Below are positions 38,210-51,654 of a DNA stretch of 64,000 nucleotides, in pieces. The number at the start of each line of letters is the position of its first letter. Positions within the stretch are counted from its first letter, which is position 1. The position numbers and the translations under genes are program-made. The stretch lies in the NCBI GenBank assembly GCA_026770705.1, contig JANJGN010000026.1, positions 620,001-684,000 on the forward strand, read 5' to 3'. Below the pieces are notes generated by a model. It did not search any database and was not told the DNA's origin. It saw only the letters and a program-made list of their open reading frames with translations. The stretch is from Isurus oxyrinchus (Eukaryota).

Positions 38210-40760
38210 CCAATCAGTCAGAGAGAATTAGAAAAGCAGATATGTAGGCAAATTTCAGAGAGGTGTAAAAATAATAGAGTAGTAATGTGGGGAGTTTCAA
38301 CTTCCCCAACATTGTCTGGGTTAGCCATAGAGCGATAGGTTTAGAGGGAGCAGAATTTCCTAAAATGCATCTAGAAGAGTTTTTCAAAACAGTACATGGA
38401 AGGTCCAACACCACAAGGGGCGGTCCTGGACGTAATTTTAGGGAATGAAGCCGGGAAAGTGGTAGAGGTATCAGTGGGAGAGCATTTTGCAGATAGTGAT
38501 CATAACTCCTTTAGATTCAAGGTTGTTATGGAAAAGGACAAGGATGAGCCATGAATCGGAGTTCTAAATTGGGGGAAGGAAGATTTTAATGAGATCAGAT
38601 ATGATTTGGCCAGATTGGAGTGGAACCTGCGACTTTAAAATAAATCTGCATCAGAACAGTGGGGCTCATTCAATAAGGTAATATAAAGAGTAAAGAGCCA
38701 ACATATTCCGTTAAAGACAAAGGGTGAGACCAACAAATTCCAGGGACCCTGGATGTCGAGGGGTAGACAAGATTGGATAAAGAGACAAATGGAGGCTTAT
38801 GGGAGATACCGAAGGCTCAAAACACCGGAATCCCAAGAGGAGTATAGAATGTGTAGGAGGAAGTTAAAAAGGTAATTAGGAGAGAAAAAAGGGACATTAA
38901 AAACATTATTCAGGTAAAATATAGGGAATGCAAAGTTATTTTACATGTATCTTAGGAGCAAGAGGATAACTAGGGAAAAGTAGGGCCCATTAAGGAACAT
39001 AGTGGTAATTTGTGTGTGGAGTTGATAGACGTAGGTACGTTCAAAAGGAATACTTTGTGTCGGTGTTCACAAGTGAAAGGGACAACGTGGGTATGGAAAT
39101 CAGGCAGAAGTACTGTAATATAATTACATCAACTAGCATAGAAAGGATCGAGTTCCTAAATGGTTTGGCAGGCACAAAAGTAGATAAATCTCCAAGTCTG
39201 AATGAAGTATGTCGCAGGCTGTTGACTGAGACATGGGAGGAGATAGCAGGGCGGCTGGAAATAACTTTCAATACCTCTCTTTCCATCGCAGAGGAGCCAG
39301 AGGACAGGCGGCAGCCAACGTGGTACCATTATTCAAGAAGTGAGAAACGGATAAACCAGGGAACTGCTGGCCAGTCAGCCTCAACTCAGTGGAGGGGAAG
39401 ATATTGCAAGTAATTCTGAGGGACAGAAATAATCTACACTTAGAGAGGAAGTGATTAATCAAGGGCAGTCAACATGGCTTTGTTAAGGGGAGATCATGTT
39501 TGAACAATTTGATTCAATTTTTCGAAGAGGTGATGAGGCGTGCAGATGAGGGCAATGCATTTGTGGTAGCATACTTGGACTTCAGCAAGGATTTTGATAG
39601 GGTCCCGCATGGAAGACTGATAACGAAGGTAAGAGCTCATGGGATCCAAGGCAATTTGGAAAATTGGATCCAGAATTGGCTGTGTGGCAGGAAGCAGAGG
39701 GTGATGGTCAAGGGTTGTTTTTGCGACTGGATGCCTTTGTCCATTGAGGTTCCGCAGAGTTCGGTGTTGCATCCCTTGCTGTTTGTGGTATATATAAACG
39801 ATTTAGACTTGAACATAGGAGGGTTGATCAGTAAATTAATAAATGACATTAAAATTAGTGTCGTGGAAAATAGTGAGAAGGATAGCCTTAGATTACAGGA
39901 GGACATAGACGGGCTGGTCAGATGGGCTGATCAGTGGTAAATGGAATTTTATCCAGATAAGTGTACGATAATGTACTGGGGCAGGACAAACAAGGTATGG
40001 GAATACACAATAAATGATAGGATCCTGAGAAGTACCGAGAGTCAGAGGTATCTTGGTTTACATGTCCACGAGTCCCATAAGATAGTGGGACAGGTAGATA
40101 AGGTGGTTAAGAAGGTTTACGCCTTTATTAGCTGAGGCATAGAGTATTAGTCAGGGAGTTTATGCTGGAACTGAATAAAGCGCTGGTTAGACCACAGCTA
40201 GAGTATTGTGCTCAGTTCTAGAATCCACATTATAGGAAGAATGTGATGGCACTAGAGAGAGTGGAGAGGAGATTTACCAGATGTTGCCTGCGCTGAGGAG
40301 ATTTAGTTATGATGAGAGATTGGATAGACTGGGGTTACTTTCCTTAGAGCTGAGGTGAATGAGGGGGAATAGGATTGAGAAGTATAAAATTATGAGGGTC
40401 ATAGATAGGGTAGACAGGAATGAACCTTTCTCCTCGGTGGAGAGATCAATAACCAGCGGCAATAGATTTAATGCAAGGGGCAGAATATTAAGGGGCGATG
40501 TGAGGAAGAATTCTTTAACCCAGAGGGTTGTGAGAATCTGCAACTCACTGCCTGAAATGGTGGTAGAGGTAGAAACCCCCATAACATTTAAGAAGTATTT
40601 GGATATGCACTTGTGATGCCATGGCATGCAAGGTTATGGGCCTAGTGCTGGAAAATGGGATTAGAATAGTATGGTACTTGTTTGATTGGCGCAGGCTCGA
40701 ACGGCCAAAGGACCTTTTGTTGTGCTGTAGACATCTATGCCCCTGTGACTGTATGATTTG
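38210..40760 (+). mobile_element. CR1 LINE ORF2 (APE end, RT, 3' tail), decayed
   Basis: 'NLIQFFEEV...VAYLDFSKDFDRVPHGRL...VPQSSVLHPLLFVVYINDLD...LQEDIDGLVRWADQW' and 'RKNSLTQRVVRICNSLP'. Confidence 0.88.
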
Positions 40761-43700
40761 ACCCAGGGACAGCGAAGGATCGGGGTTATAGTTCCAAGTC
40801 AGGATCTTTACTCTCTTGGTAGAAAAGTCTGAAAGTGTTGATCACTTTAAATGAAGATTTTTGGTTTTTAAACATCACAGTTCCAAATGACCGGCCACAT
40901 ACCAGAGGGAAGGAACCCCAATTCTAGGCTCTCTGAACAGAGGAAACACCTTAGCCTTTACCCTCTAAATCTCCCTAAGAGGTTTATTTTTGCCTTTCAA
41001 TGCATTTGTCTCTCATTCCCGAAACTTCAGAAAGTATAGGCTAAATTTATCGTTATATGAAATTCCTCTCACAACTGAATTAAACTAGCGAGTGTTAGAT
41101 TTACTCCCAATAAGAGAAGTATATTTTTCCATAAGGCCGGGGACACATACAGCACAAGCTGCTCCAGACGTGGCCTCACCAATTTCCATGATTAATTCCA
41201 TCTACGATGGAAACAAACCGACAGGCATTAGACACACTCAGCAAGTTAAAATTCAGAGGGAAGACCGCGGAATGAACGGACATCAGTTTGCAAATTGGTT
41301 CTCTTTATGACTTCCGCCCCCATCTAAGAGAATGCCCAGCCATCAAGAGATTCTGGCCAATCCAGTAGCTGGCAACTTTCTAATGCCAGCTGCAGAAACT
41401 GGAGGGGCGATGGCAACTCCGACCGCAGCCAATGCCCAATGGAATGCAGAGCTGGAGCCGGATAAGAGTCCGGGTGGGGACAGGTGGGGGCGGAGTTGGG
41501 AGCACCAGTGTTGCAGAAGGGTAAATTAGGCTTGTGTGAGTGTTTGTTGTGAACCGTGATCGGAAGGAAAGGGACATTTCGAATTTAATACCCTCATTTA
41601 AAATGGTTGGAAGTGATAACGCAGGAAACTGTTATCCTTTGAGTTTATATATCGATGGGTATATGTATCAGAGATTATTAGAAATTATGAGAATGAAATT
41701 TTCCAGGCTGCAATTAGCTTACACCGAGGTTTGTACAACTGAGACATAACGTAGTCCACACTCTATTCTAGTCGCATGTAAAATGGTAAAAATGCTATTA
41801 AGCAATATTCATTATTGTTGTACCTGCCTACCTACTTTTAAGAAGTCAGTTAGCTGTCCAGTATATTTGCTCGTCTACATTGAATTATCTCTGTTGAAGT
41901 CTAATACGTCCAAGAATTTACCATAAGCTCTAAATTATTAAGAAGGAGATTGAATCGCGAATTTGGAGCCAAATTACAGAAAGAAGATATGATTACATTG
42001 TAGTGACAAACGGGACTTCAATTATCTTAATATATACGGACATAGCGGCAATGTGAAGAATAAAGAGGGAGAGGAATTCCTGAAATATGTATAATTTGCG
42101 TGTTGCCAAGTCACGAAGAAATGGATGTACCCATCTGACATAGTTTGTGTCTTGGATGGGAGGTAGGAGGCAGAGTTAAGAGATTAAACAAAATGTATTC
42201 AGATTGACAGGAGTTATGGGTTTCTGCCGTGACCATTATGAATAGTAAACACTGCTGGTACTGCGAATGAATGTTTGGTATATTGTTCGGCTTCCTTGTC
42301 CAGGATGGCGCCGAGCTTCGTTATATGATTGTTGGAAGTGAACTGATCCAGTCGAGAAGAGATATTCCATCACGTTCCTTACTCGTATCCCGATGATGCT
42401 TTACAGGCTTTTGAGGGGTCCGGGATGTGGGGAAGTGGACCAGAGATGAGTTACTCGCCTCAGAATTCCCATTCACTGATCTGCTTCATTTTGTAGTTAC
42501 TTTACTTACATAGTTGGTCCAATTTAGTTTCAGATGAATGGTGATCCCCATATTCTATAGCCGATGCTGGGGCGTGTTACGATGGTGCTATGATTACTGT
42601 TTCTGAAATACTTTCCCGATGAAACATGCTCCGCTAGCAACATTTCATTTCCTAGAACTAGATCCATTGCTGCCCTTGGTTCTTGAGATGGAAAGACATG
42701 ATTTTTAGGTATTTCATGAATTCCGCTCCCACTTTGCACTTTATATTGCTACTATCCCTGGCTCTTGGAAAATGTTACAAACCGGCGGAAGTTAGCTAAT
42801 GTAGAGAAGCAAAAGCATGACAGTCAAGCTTACGATTAATTAAAATGTGTAGGCAGGTCGAGAAAAAGCAATGAAAATTGCTTACTAGTATGTTTACTGT
42901 TTCACATTTGGCTGGACTATAAAGGGGAACGTGTTATGAATCAATTGCACTGACCCTTATCAGTTCAAGCGCAACGGTTTCGAATTGCCATAGTAAGCTT
43001 TTATTTTAAAAAAAAGCTTTTTAAAAATATATATAATTCCATGTAACGTATTAAAATCCACGTGCAACTGTAAAATTTGCCCCACCACCCTCTGTGGTTG
43101 AGCTATATAATGTCCAAGATGGTCAGTCTTATTATGTTGAAGACAGTGTCTCACTTGCCGTTCATTAGAAGGGAAATTCTACAGGAGATATGTAGTAAAT
43201 CATTCAATAATACAGGCGTGGGCAGAAACGTTGTGCAAAGGCATTTACATGTGAATGCATAAGGCTTCAAAGAATAACGTATGTGTGGAACACTGGGGAG
43301 CAATTACACCCACATATATCAAAAACACTAACACTCAATGGCAACAGCTAAACTTTAAAGAAGCTTACTGATTAAAAGTACTGTGTTAGAGGCACGCATT
43401 ATCCCGTGCATGTAAATGCATAATAAATTAAACACACCCGAGCTCATGGGACATTTCTGGATATCTGGATATGTGAGCATTTTAGAATTCTATTTCTGGT
43501 TTTCAAATCCCTTCGTGATCTCACCCCTTATTATCTTTCTAGTTTCCTTCAGGCCTACTATCCGTCGAGATAAGTGAACGCCACCAAATCCGGCCTGTTG
43601 TACACCCTCAATTTTAATCAATCCATAATTGTGCCTTCTGCGGGCAAGGCCCTTGGCTCCATAATTCCACCCCCACACACCTCCACATTCTCAGAACTCT

Positions 43701-43777
43701 TTCCCTCCTTAAGACGATTGTTAATAGCACACTGACCAAACATTTCTTTTACATCTGTTCAAATATCTCCTCTTGTG

Positions 43778-43997
43778 AAAGCACAATACTGCGAATGCTG
43801 GAAGTCTGAAATAAAAACAGAGAATACTGGAAAAACTCAACAGGCCTGGCTGCATCTGTGGAGAGACAAACAGAATTAACATTTCAAGTCTGGATGACTC
43901 TGAAGAAGGAGCATACAGACTCGAAGCATTAATTCTGTTTCTTTCTCCATCGATGCTGCCAGACCTGCTGAGTTTTTTTTCTAGAATTTTCTGTTTT
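43778..43997. mobile_element. About 220-bp fold-back PLE derivative with degenerate hammerhead in the loop and arm
   Basis: 43811-43892 is an inverted repeat of 43917-44000. The loop region reads CTGAAGA(43900)...GACTC-GAAG. Degenerate TSD TATCTCCTCTTGTG / TATCCCCTAATGTG (11/14). Confidence 0.75.
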
Positions 43998-45974
43998 TAT
44001 CCCCTAATGTGGTTTGTTTAGATTCCCCTTACTATTCGATTAAACCTTGTGGTACTTAGTTCTGAATTTTCATCACTTTTTGCTTTGGGTGAATAAGTTT
44101 ATTTTGAATTACAGACCGGATTTGCTGTCTCTCTTTTAATGATAGCCTCTGGTTATGTTATTTATCAAAAAAATAAATTATTTCCTTCGTATAGACTCTA
44201 TCCAAACGTTGCATACATAATGGCCTCTATTATGTCACCATGCAGCCTTCCTTACTTCAAGGGAAAGGTGATGCTGGCTGCTAAGCACTTCCTGATATGT
44301 ATATCCACGAAATTCACGTAACATTGTTGTGTATTTTCTTTTCACTCTTAAGCACCTCTATACCCTCTAATTTTATAATGCGGCGACCATAACTGCACAC
44401 TACTCCGAGTGTAGTTGAACCAAGGTTCGATACAGGTGAAACATAACGTTCCTGCTTCTCAAATTCACCCTTTATAAAGAATTCCTGATGGTTTTTTTAT
44501 TGTCTTGCTAACTTGTGACACAACCTTTAGAGAACAATGCACTAACACCCCGCGATCATGCTAGATTTCACCTTTACCCCATTATGACTGACATCTTCCA
44601 AGTTATAAGTGACCTCCACATTCTTCCCACCAAAATGTGTCCCTTCACATTTATGTGTGCCCAACTTCATTTCTCAAATATTTATCACTTTTTCAAGTTT
44701 ACTCAGGAAACACAGAAGTTAGCAAAAATTCAGCACTCGCTCCTACATGGTGTGGTTGTGGCGAATATTAATAATAAATTTAGGAGATGCTAGAGTACAT
44801 GCTGGAGGAAGGCATGAAGCATATTTTGATTTGTTGACATGAAGCAATTGCAAAGCGGCTTTTGTGGAGAATGAACAGAGATATTTGTCAGAATAACCAG
44901 TAACTGTACTGTAATGTTCTCTTCAATTATGGTCAATAAGAATCAACACACCATTAGCCTTTTTTTTCTGATTCGCTGTTGCACCACTGTACAGCTTTAG
45001 CAAATATGTATAGTGGGAAATCTCTTTGCTCCTCCTCTGCAGCATATAGTTGTATCAGAATGTAGAATACCTCTCGAAGTATTTGTCTTGCATAAAAGCA
45101 ACATGACCTCACACTTATTCAAATTAATCTCCATCTGCCGGCCTTTCAGCCGATTTCCTAATCTGTCGGTGCCCCTATGCAATGCTGTACTCCCATCTGC
45201 ACTATTTACCAGCGCACATGCTTCCAGCCCTCTGCAGACTTGGACATATAAATTTTGATTCTTGCATCCAAGGCATTCAATAAATAAGGCAGACATTTGA
45301 AAACCAAGATGACAAACTTGGGGAAGCACGACATGTTAGATCCAATCAATCCCAATGTGTAACATTTAGCACAACTTTCTGGCTTTTTGCTTCTTTTTGA
45401 GTGCCTGTCGACCTTATTCCAGGGTTTCAAGTAAATCGATATGGCTAATGCCGCTAGATACACTAGTTTCTACTTACTGGTATCATCCTCAAAAATGCAG
45501 CTAAATTTTTGTCGACTCACCATAATCTTAACAACGTATTGCAGACACTATGGGAGGAAACCTCGGCCCTCCCCGCTGGCGAGATTTTCCGGTCCCACCG
45601 GAGTCAATGGACTTTTGAGCGACTCGTCACAATTTAAGGCCCCGTCTCTGCTGTGCTTGATTAATTTAATGGGAAAGTTTAGTCAACCCAATGCGAAATC
45701 TTTGAGAGGAATAAAGAACGGAGTTTGGGATAATCGAGCGTCAAAGTGAGGAGAAAAGTTCTAGTCTCACGCTATTGAAGACAGAATCGGGAACTTGGGC
45801 TTTAGTGGAAATGGAATTACAGGGGAATGGGGATTGGCGATCACACATCGTCATTTTGCTTCTGGCATTTGAGCTAAGATTCAGGTGCCAGTACATTTCA
45901 TTCAACCTACACTACGACATGTCTTACATTGCTGCCCTTTGTGCATTTGTACTCGCTAAAACATTCCTTATAAC

Positions 45975-46775
45975 CAGTGAGATTATCCATTTTGGTAGCA
46001 AAAACAGGAAGGCAAATTATTATTTGAATGGCTATAAATTGAGAGAGGGAAATGTGCAACGATACCTGGGGATCGTTGTACACCAATCGCTGAAGGTAAG
46101 CATGCAGGTGCAGCAGGCGGTAAAGAAGGCAGATGGCATGTTGGCCTTCATACCGAGAGGATTCGGGTACAGGAACAGGGATGTATTGCTGCAATTGTAC
46201 AGGGCCTTGGTAAGACCACACCTGGAATATTGTGTGTAGTTTTGGTCTCCTTATCTGAGGAAGGATGTACTTGCTATAGAGGGAGTGCAGTGAAGGTTTA
46301 CCTTAATGATTCATGAGATGGCGAGACTGACATATGAGGAGAGGTTGAGTCGATTACGACTATATTCCCTGGAGTTCAGAAGAATGACGGGGGATCTCAT
46401 AGAAACTTATAAAATTCTAAGAAGACTAGACAGGGTAGATGCAGGAAGAAGGTTTCCGATGGTGGGGGAGTCATGAACTAGGGGTCACAGTCTGAGGATG
46501 TGGAGTAGACTATTTAAGACTGAGATGAGGAGAAATGTCTTCACGCAGAGAGTGGTGAGCCTGTGGAATTCATTACCACAGAAAGTATTTGAGACCAAAA
46601 CATTGTGCGCTTTCAAGAAAGAGTTAGCTCTTGGGGTGAAAGGGTTCAAAGGGTGTGAGGAGAAATCGGGAGCAGGCTATTGAGTTGGATGATCAGCTAT
46701 AATCATAATGAAAGGCAGAGCAGGCTCGAAGGACCGGATGGCCTATTCCAGCTCCTTGCTTCTATGTTTCTATAT
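45975..46775 (+). mobile_element. CR1 LINE 3' end
   Basis: 'EIIHFGSKNRKANYYLNG...LLQLYRALVRPHLEYCV' and 'RRNVFTQRVVSLWNSLP', ending in a tatgtttc tail. Confidence 0.88.
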
Positions 46776-48819
46776 TTCTGTTTATTTTCTGAAAGCTATA
46801 TTATAACCTCAGTCTGTATGTAGCACGGGGTACACTCCGTGTAACATGTTGCAGCTCCCCCATATACAGCAGATGGTGAATAATTGAAACTGGGCCGGAA
46901 GAAATCAGTGCGACATGCTAGGATCCCTATAATGCCCATCATTCCATTTCATAATTGGGCTATTCATCTGCTTAAAATAAACCAATTAAAATCTCTGCGA
47001 ATGAAAATGGCTTCTCAATGCTCTTAATGTTGGTTTCCCAGCGCCATCAACATTAAATGCAAATGTTAACGTCAGCTGCAATGTTCATGGTACCAGCAAT
47101 TAGAAATGGTACGGTTCGCCTATCAATTATTAGCAAACCGACGCTGTTTGCACAATATAAACTTCATCCAGGCCCATTAACACTCTCATGTTGCCAGCTT
47201 ATGTATATGACCAAGCTAAAGACAGCAAACACCCAGTACGTGAAAACTCATTGATCACATGGGCATTGCACTTGTGTGAATCGATTTATAAGGCCCACGT
47301 TCTAACGATTATAAATTATAAATGATTGGGATGTTGGTGGTTCGGGAGATTATTGGCAAGTTTGTATCAAAGTACATCCGGACAGTGATTTACCACCCAT
47401 CAATATTAATGATCGAAAATCATGAAAGGGCAGCGCAGTTATGACGATTTCAGTTACAAAGCCTTGCGGGAAGGGTACCGGAGGGAAGCACATTCTTTGA
47501 AACTTGCACCTTTGATCTTACAGTTACTCCTCCCATGAATGCCGATAGGCCCGACTATTGGAGGGCTAAAAGAATGCCATTCCCTGCTTTCAAAGGATAT
47601 ATCCACATGAACATGGTTTTGTGCTTTCCAGGGGGTAATGCTCGTTTATATCTGTCAAAGGCAATGCACTTGTCTCCTTGAGCTATGTTCAGGAGATGAA
47701 AAAGTGGTGTCAAATCCAAACGCTTTCCAAACTTATTGTTCATGTTCACACAGCTCACGAATCAAGAATTAAACTTGCTCATAAATCCCGCAGCCCGACA
47801 ACTTTCTCTAAGAAGACTTTTCACTCGATTACTGCTTAAAATCCTTCAATTTTAATACTGTCCTCTCCTTGATCCCTTAACAATTAATAACGTCCTGCTT
47901 CCATCTATCTACCCTGACCAATTCTTTGACGTTTTTAAACAATTTGCTTTATCTACTTTTAATGTAAGCTTTCTTTAAAAAAAATGACCAAGCTTATAGT
48001 TTTTTTTTATTCCTGTTTACATATCGTCATAACTGGCAACGTTTTGGTCATCAAGAATAGCAGCAGAGTGATAATGCTACAGAAGAAATAGCCTTCATGG
48101 CTGGCCTAATAATATAGGAGCATGAGTTAAACTACCAAAACAGCAGCTTGGGAATTAACATTCAGCAAGTTTAATAAATCTGCAAGTAAAACGCTACAAT
48201 CAGCAATGTTGACATGAAATTACCGGACTCTTATAGAGGACGGCCCTTTTGTTTTCTAATTCCCATTAGGGAATGATACCTGCTGTTCTGACCCCGTCTC
48301 ACATACACAAAAACCCAAATACACAACAATGTAACTGGCTTTTAACTGCTCTCTAAAATTATCAAGTAAGTCATTCTTGTCAGGAAAGATGCTCATCACC
48401 ACTTCCAAAGGGCAACTAGGGACAGTAAATCAAGGTTAATTTTACCAGAGGCGTCTTGTGAATGAATGAAGCAACAAAAAAATGTTTGGCACAACATTTA
48501 AAGCCTCAAAGTCCATATCATATTGGAGAGCCAAAATTATGTAAACTCTCCCCCAAAACTGAACTAATTTCCTTTCAGAGTCTCTTTTCCAGTGCCTTCT
48601 TTACAAACGGCATCATCTCAATGTTATTGGCACTGAATGTTCCCTGCCACTTATTAGCACTTTACCGCATATTACCCAACTCCGTTTGGTTTTCAAAATA
48701 TTAAAAAGTGTTTCTTATGTTGCGTTCACCATTCGGAAAACTTTCCTCACGTCTATAACAAAAAAATAATAAAATCAAATGTAACGCCTTTCATTGGCCT
48801 ATGCATTTCCCTGTGTGAA

Positions 48820-49530
48820 TTATTATATAAAGAATGACACCAAGGCACATAAAGTGACATTGGGTCAGATAAGCAAAAGCTTCGTCAAACAGTTAGCTTA
48901 ATGAATGCCTTAAATGGAGAAAGCGAGGCAGAAAGGTGGAGAGCTGTAAGGATTGCATGTCAGAGTTTGTGTTCAAGACAGTTGAAGGCATGGCCAGCAA
49001 TTGTGGAGCAATTACAGTTTGGAGTGTACAAGAGGCCAAAAATAAAGGCATAGATTTCTTGTAGGGTTTTGTGTTTGGAGGAGATTACAGATATAGAAAT
49101 GGGCAAGTCTATGGAGGATTATGAAAACAAGGATTAGAATATTAAAATCAAAGGTTGCTTGCCCAGAAGTAAATGTCAGTCCGTGAGCAAAGAGATTATG
49201 GATGAGTGGGACTTGCTGTGAGATAAAATGAGGGCAGCAGAGTTTTATATGACCTCAAGTTTACAGTGGGTAGAATCTAGGAGGCAGGATTGCATTGGGA
49301 TAATTGAATCTAGAGGTAACAAAGACAAGGGCCAAGGGTGAAGTGAGACAGGGGCGAAGTCAAGTGGTGTTATGGGGATGGAAATAGTGCATCTTAGAGA
49401 TGTTGTGTATATGAGGTCGGACGCTATTTTCCACATCAAATACAACATCGAGACTACCATAAACACAACCTCTTGCCTGGGAAATAGTTGGAGTCAGTAG
49501 CTAGGAAAGGGATTTTAGAGCAGAGACCAC
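48820..49530 (-). mobile_element. Decayed L2-type LINE 3' fragment (related pieces at about 43490-43760 + and 62250-63300 -)
   Basis: Shared tracts such as ggcagcagagtttt(a/g)atgacct(c)aagttt and cagttgaaggca(t/c)ggcca recur among the three loci. ORF 62718-63005 contains 'LIHTFIPSRFGYSNAL', an L2 C-terminal motif. Confidence 0.55.
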
Positions 49531-50557
49531 AATTATATAACTGACGTACGGGGTGAAGAAACGTGCCCAGAGAACAGAATCATGTGCTAGAGTTTTACCC
49601 ATTTCTAACAACATTGATTATAATGAGATCCCTGTTGGACTTGCTGTGATGCATTTTAATTGATTTGCGCTCTACTCCTGAATCTTTTCATAATTCTGCG
49701 GTACTGACCTATCCAAGGCTTTCTTAAGGTTCACGCGGGTAACCTTTATATGACAAAAAGTCGAAATATCACAGCAAAAAAAAGAAAAACAAGGAAGGTT
49801 TCTTGCATGAACACGGCTCATGCCGAGCATGCGGTCTTTGTTTATCACTGTTATCAACACATTTTTCACATTAAAGGCATGAATGTTTCAGTAGAGGTTA
49901 TTTCAGTGAGAGCTGTTTATTTCATCCTGTGCACAAAGCTGACATTTAAACATGGATATCATTATCAATCTAACACTAATGCATCGCCAATTGTTGAACA
50001 TGTACGTTTACAATATGCAAGATGAACTACAGCGATTCGCCATGCCTCCATCGAAAGCAACTTCCAAACATTCCACATCTACCATTTTGAAGCAAATAAA
50101 TGTACTAAAAGCATGATAACACTGCGACCGGCAGGTTTCCCTCCAAGCCTCAAAACATCAGGACTTGAAACTATATCGCCGTGCATTCACTGTGGCTGAA
50201 TCAATGTCCTGTAAATTAGTTGCTAACAGCAGTGTGTGGGTACCTGCATAAGATGGACAGCAGAGATTGAAGCAGCCACCTTCACGAGCACAAATAGTGA
50301 CTGGTCACCAATGATGGCCTTGCCAATCAAGCCCACACCCCATGAAAGAAAAAGTAAAACAAACAAAAAAGTATGAAAAGCAATCAGTGTGAATGGAAAC
50401 GAGCTGAACATGGTGACAGTGCAGTAATTTCTCTATAACTCTGCCGATCTGTCCACGTTAATTGGATGCAGAGTCGACCAGTGTGACTGTGGATATACAA
50501 GTCATAACCTAACCTATTGCAAACCCTGAGCAGTTCACATTGCTAATGGTCTATCAC

Positions 50558-50599
50558 TCCGCCCTATGCAAATCCGCCCTGCTTCTTGAGGTTTATAAG
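50558..50599 (+). promoter_or_regulatory. IgNAR V promoter: GC box, octamer ATGCAAAT, GC box, TATA
   Basis: CCGCCC 50559-50564, ATGCAAAT 50566-50573, CCGCCC 50574-50579 and TATAAG 50594-50599, about 95 bp upstream of the leader ATG. Confidence 0.85.
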
Positions 50600-50691
50600 G
50601 TCGGTGTTCTGCTACACACCGTTACACAGAACAGTTGGCGTTGAGGTCTAGAGTTCGTTCTGTTTATGTTTTCCACACTGATGAAGAAACA

Positions 50692-50734
50692 ATGAATATT
50701 TTCTGCCTTTCGCTCCTTTTATCCTGGTTATCAA
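50692..50734 (+). CDS. IgNAR: IgNAR leader exon (MNIFCLSLLLSWLS, phase 1)
   Basis: ATG in good Kozak context, hydrophobic signal peptide starting MNIF as in IgNAR leaders, and donor GTAAGT at 50735. A 141-bp intron ends TTCAG at 50875. Confidence 0.93.
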
Positions 50735-50875
50735 GTAAGTGTTGTTCACTAAAGGGTATGGGCAGTAATTAGATAAATTAGTGTAGCTGCGCCCGCATTG
50801 TGTAATTTGCCTTTGCCTTTAAATGTTTTCATTGTTTCAGACCGGCAAGTTCTTTAATATATTTTCTCCATTCAG

Positions 50876-51147
50876 GTACCTTCAGTGTTAGAGTGGACCA
50901 AGCACCAAGAACGGCAACGAAAGAGACAGGCGATTCCCTGACAATCAACTGCATCCTAAAGGATACTAGCTATAGCTTGTGCGCTACATCATGGTTCCGG
51001 AAAAACCCGGGATCAACAGATTGGGAACGGATAACCATTGGCGGCCGATATGTTGAATCAGTCAACAAGGGAAGCAAATCATTTTCCCTGCGAATCAATG
51101 ACCTGACAGTTGAAGACAGTGTCACGTTTTACTGCAAAGCTGAAACT
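50876..51147 (+). CDS. IgNAR: IgNAR V segment (VNAR), germline, open frame
   Basis: (S)[25 protein letters not shown]22...W36[47 protein letters not shown]83KAET. The short FR2-CDR2 region (61 residues between canonical Cys) is diagnostic of VNAR. Followed by an RSS. Confidence 0.97.
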
Positions 51148-51185
51148 CACAGTAATGAGTTTGAACTTCTGCTCATACAAGAACA
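51148..51185 (+). other. V 3' RSS (22-bp spacer)
   Basis: CACAGTA 51148-51154, 22 bp, ACAAGAACA 51177-51185. Confidence 0.92.
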
Positions 51186-51381
51186 CCCTCGGATCTTCTG
51201 GTGATTAAAATACGAATTGTTTTGCTCTTTCGCTCAAACCTTCACTTTGCAGCCACGGATTTCCATCTGAGACCTGCAGAGTTGTGTAAATAACTGGTAA
51301 CAGTTTCAGGAACAGAAATCCCCGCAGTGAGAATGCGGATTTGAAGTGCGGTTGTTCAATTTACAGTCTCGCAAGTAAACC

Positions 51382-51464
51382 TATTTGTGCACTGGGCTGT
51401 ACCACTGTGTACATACTATAGCTGCCACAGCAATCGAGAAGACGGTTCCCGTAATACACAAACT
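51382..51464 (+). other. IgNAR D1 (TACATACTATAGCTGC, 51410-51425) with 12-RSS and 23-RSS
   Basis: 5' side: TATTTGTGC-12-CACTGTG (51403-51409), weak nonamer. 3' side: CACAGCA (51426-51432)-23-ACACAAACT (51456-51464). Confidence 0.9.
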
Positions 51465-51654
51465 ACCAGCAGAGATTCTGTTTTAAAAGTAAGAACAAAG
51501 TCACCACATCTCAACGGGTTTAGCAGCAGGTTATTGGTTACTTGGTGATTTGGAGGGGTAACACGTCAAAAGGCTTGAAAAAAACAACGTTGTGATGTGT
51601 ATACAGATTGCTATTTACATCAAAACTGAGTGTTTTGTATTAATGCACGTGCGA

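Noticed and set aside
50893-51204. 103-aa ORF as a standalone gene
   Set aside because: The GTG start is an internal Val codon, and the tail is read-through into the RSS. The true unit is leader exon plus V.
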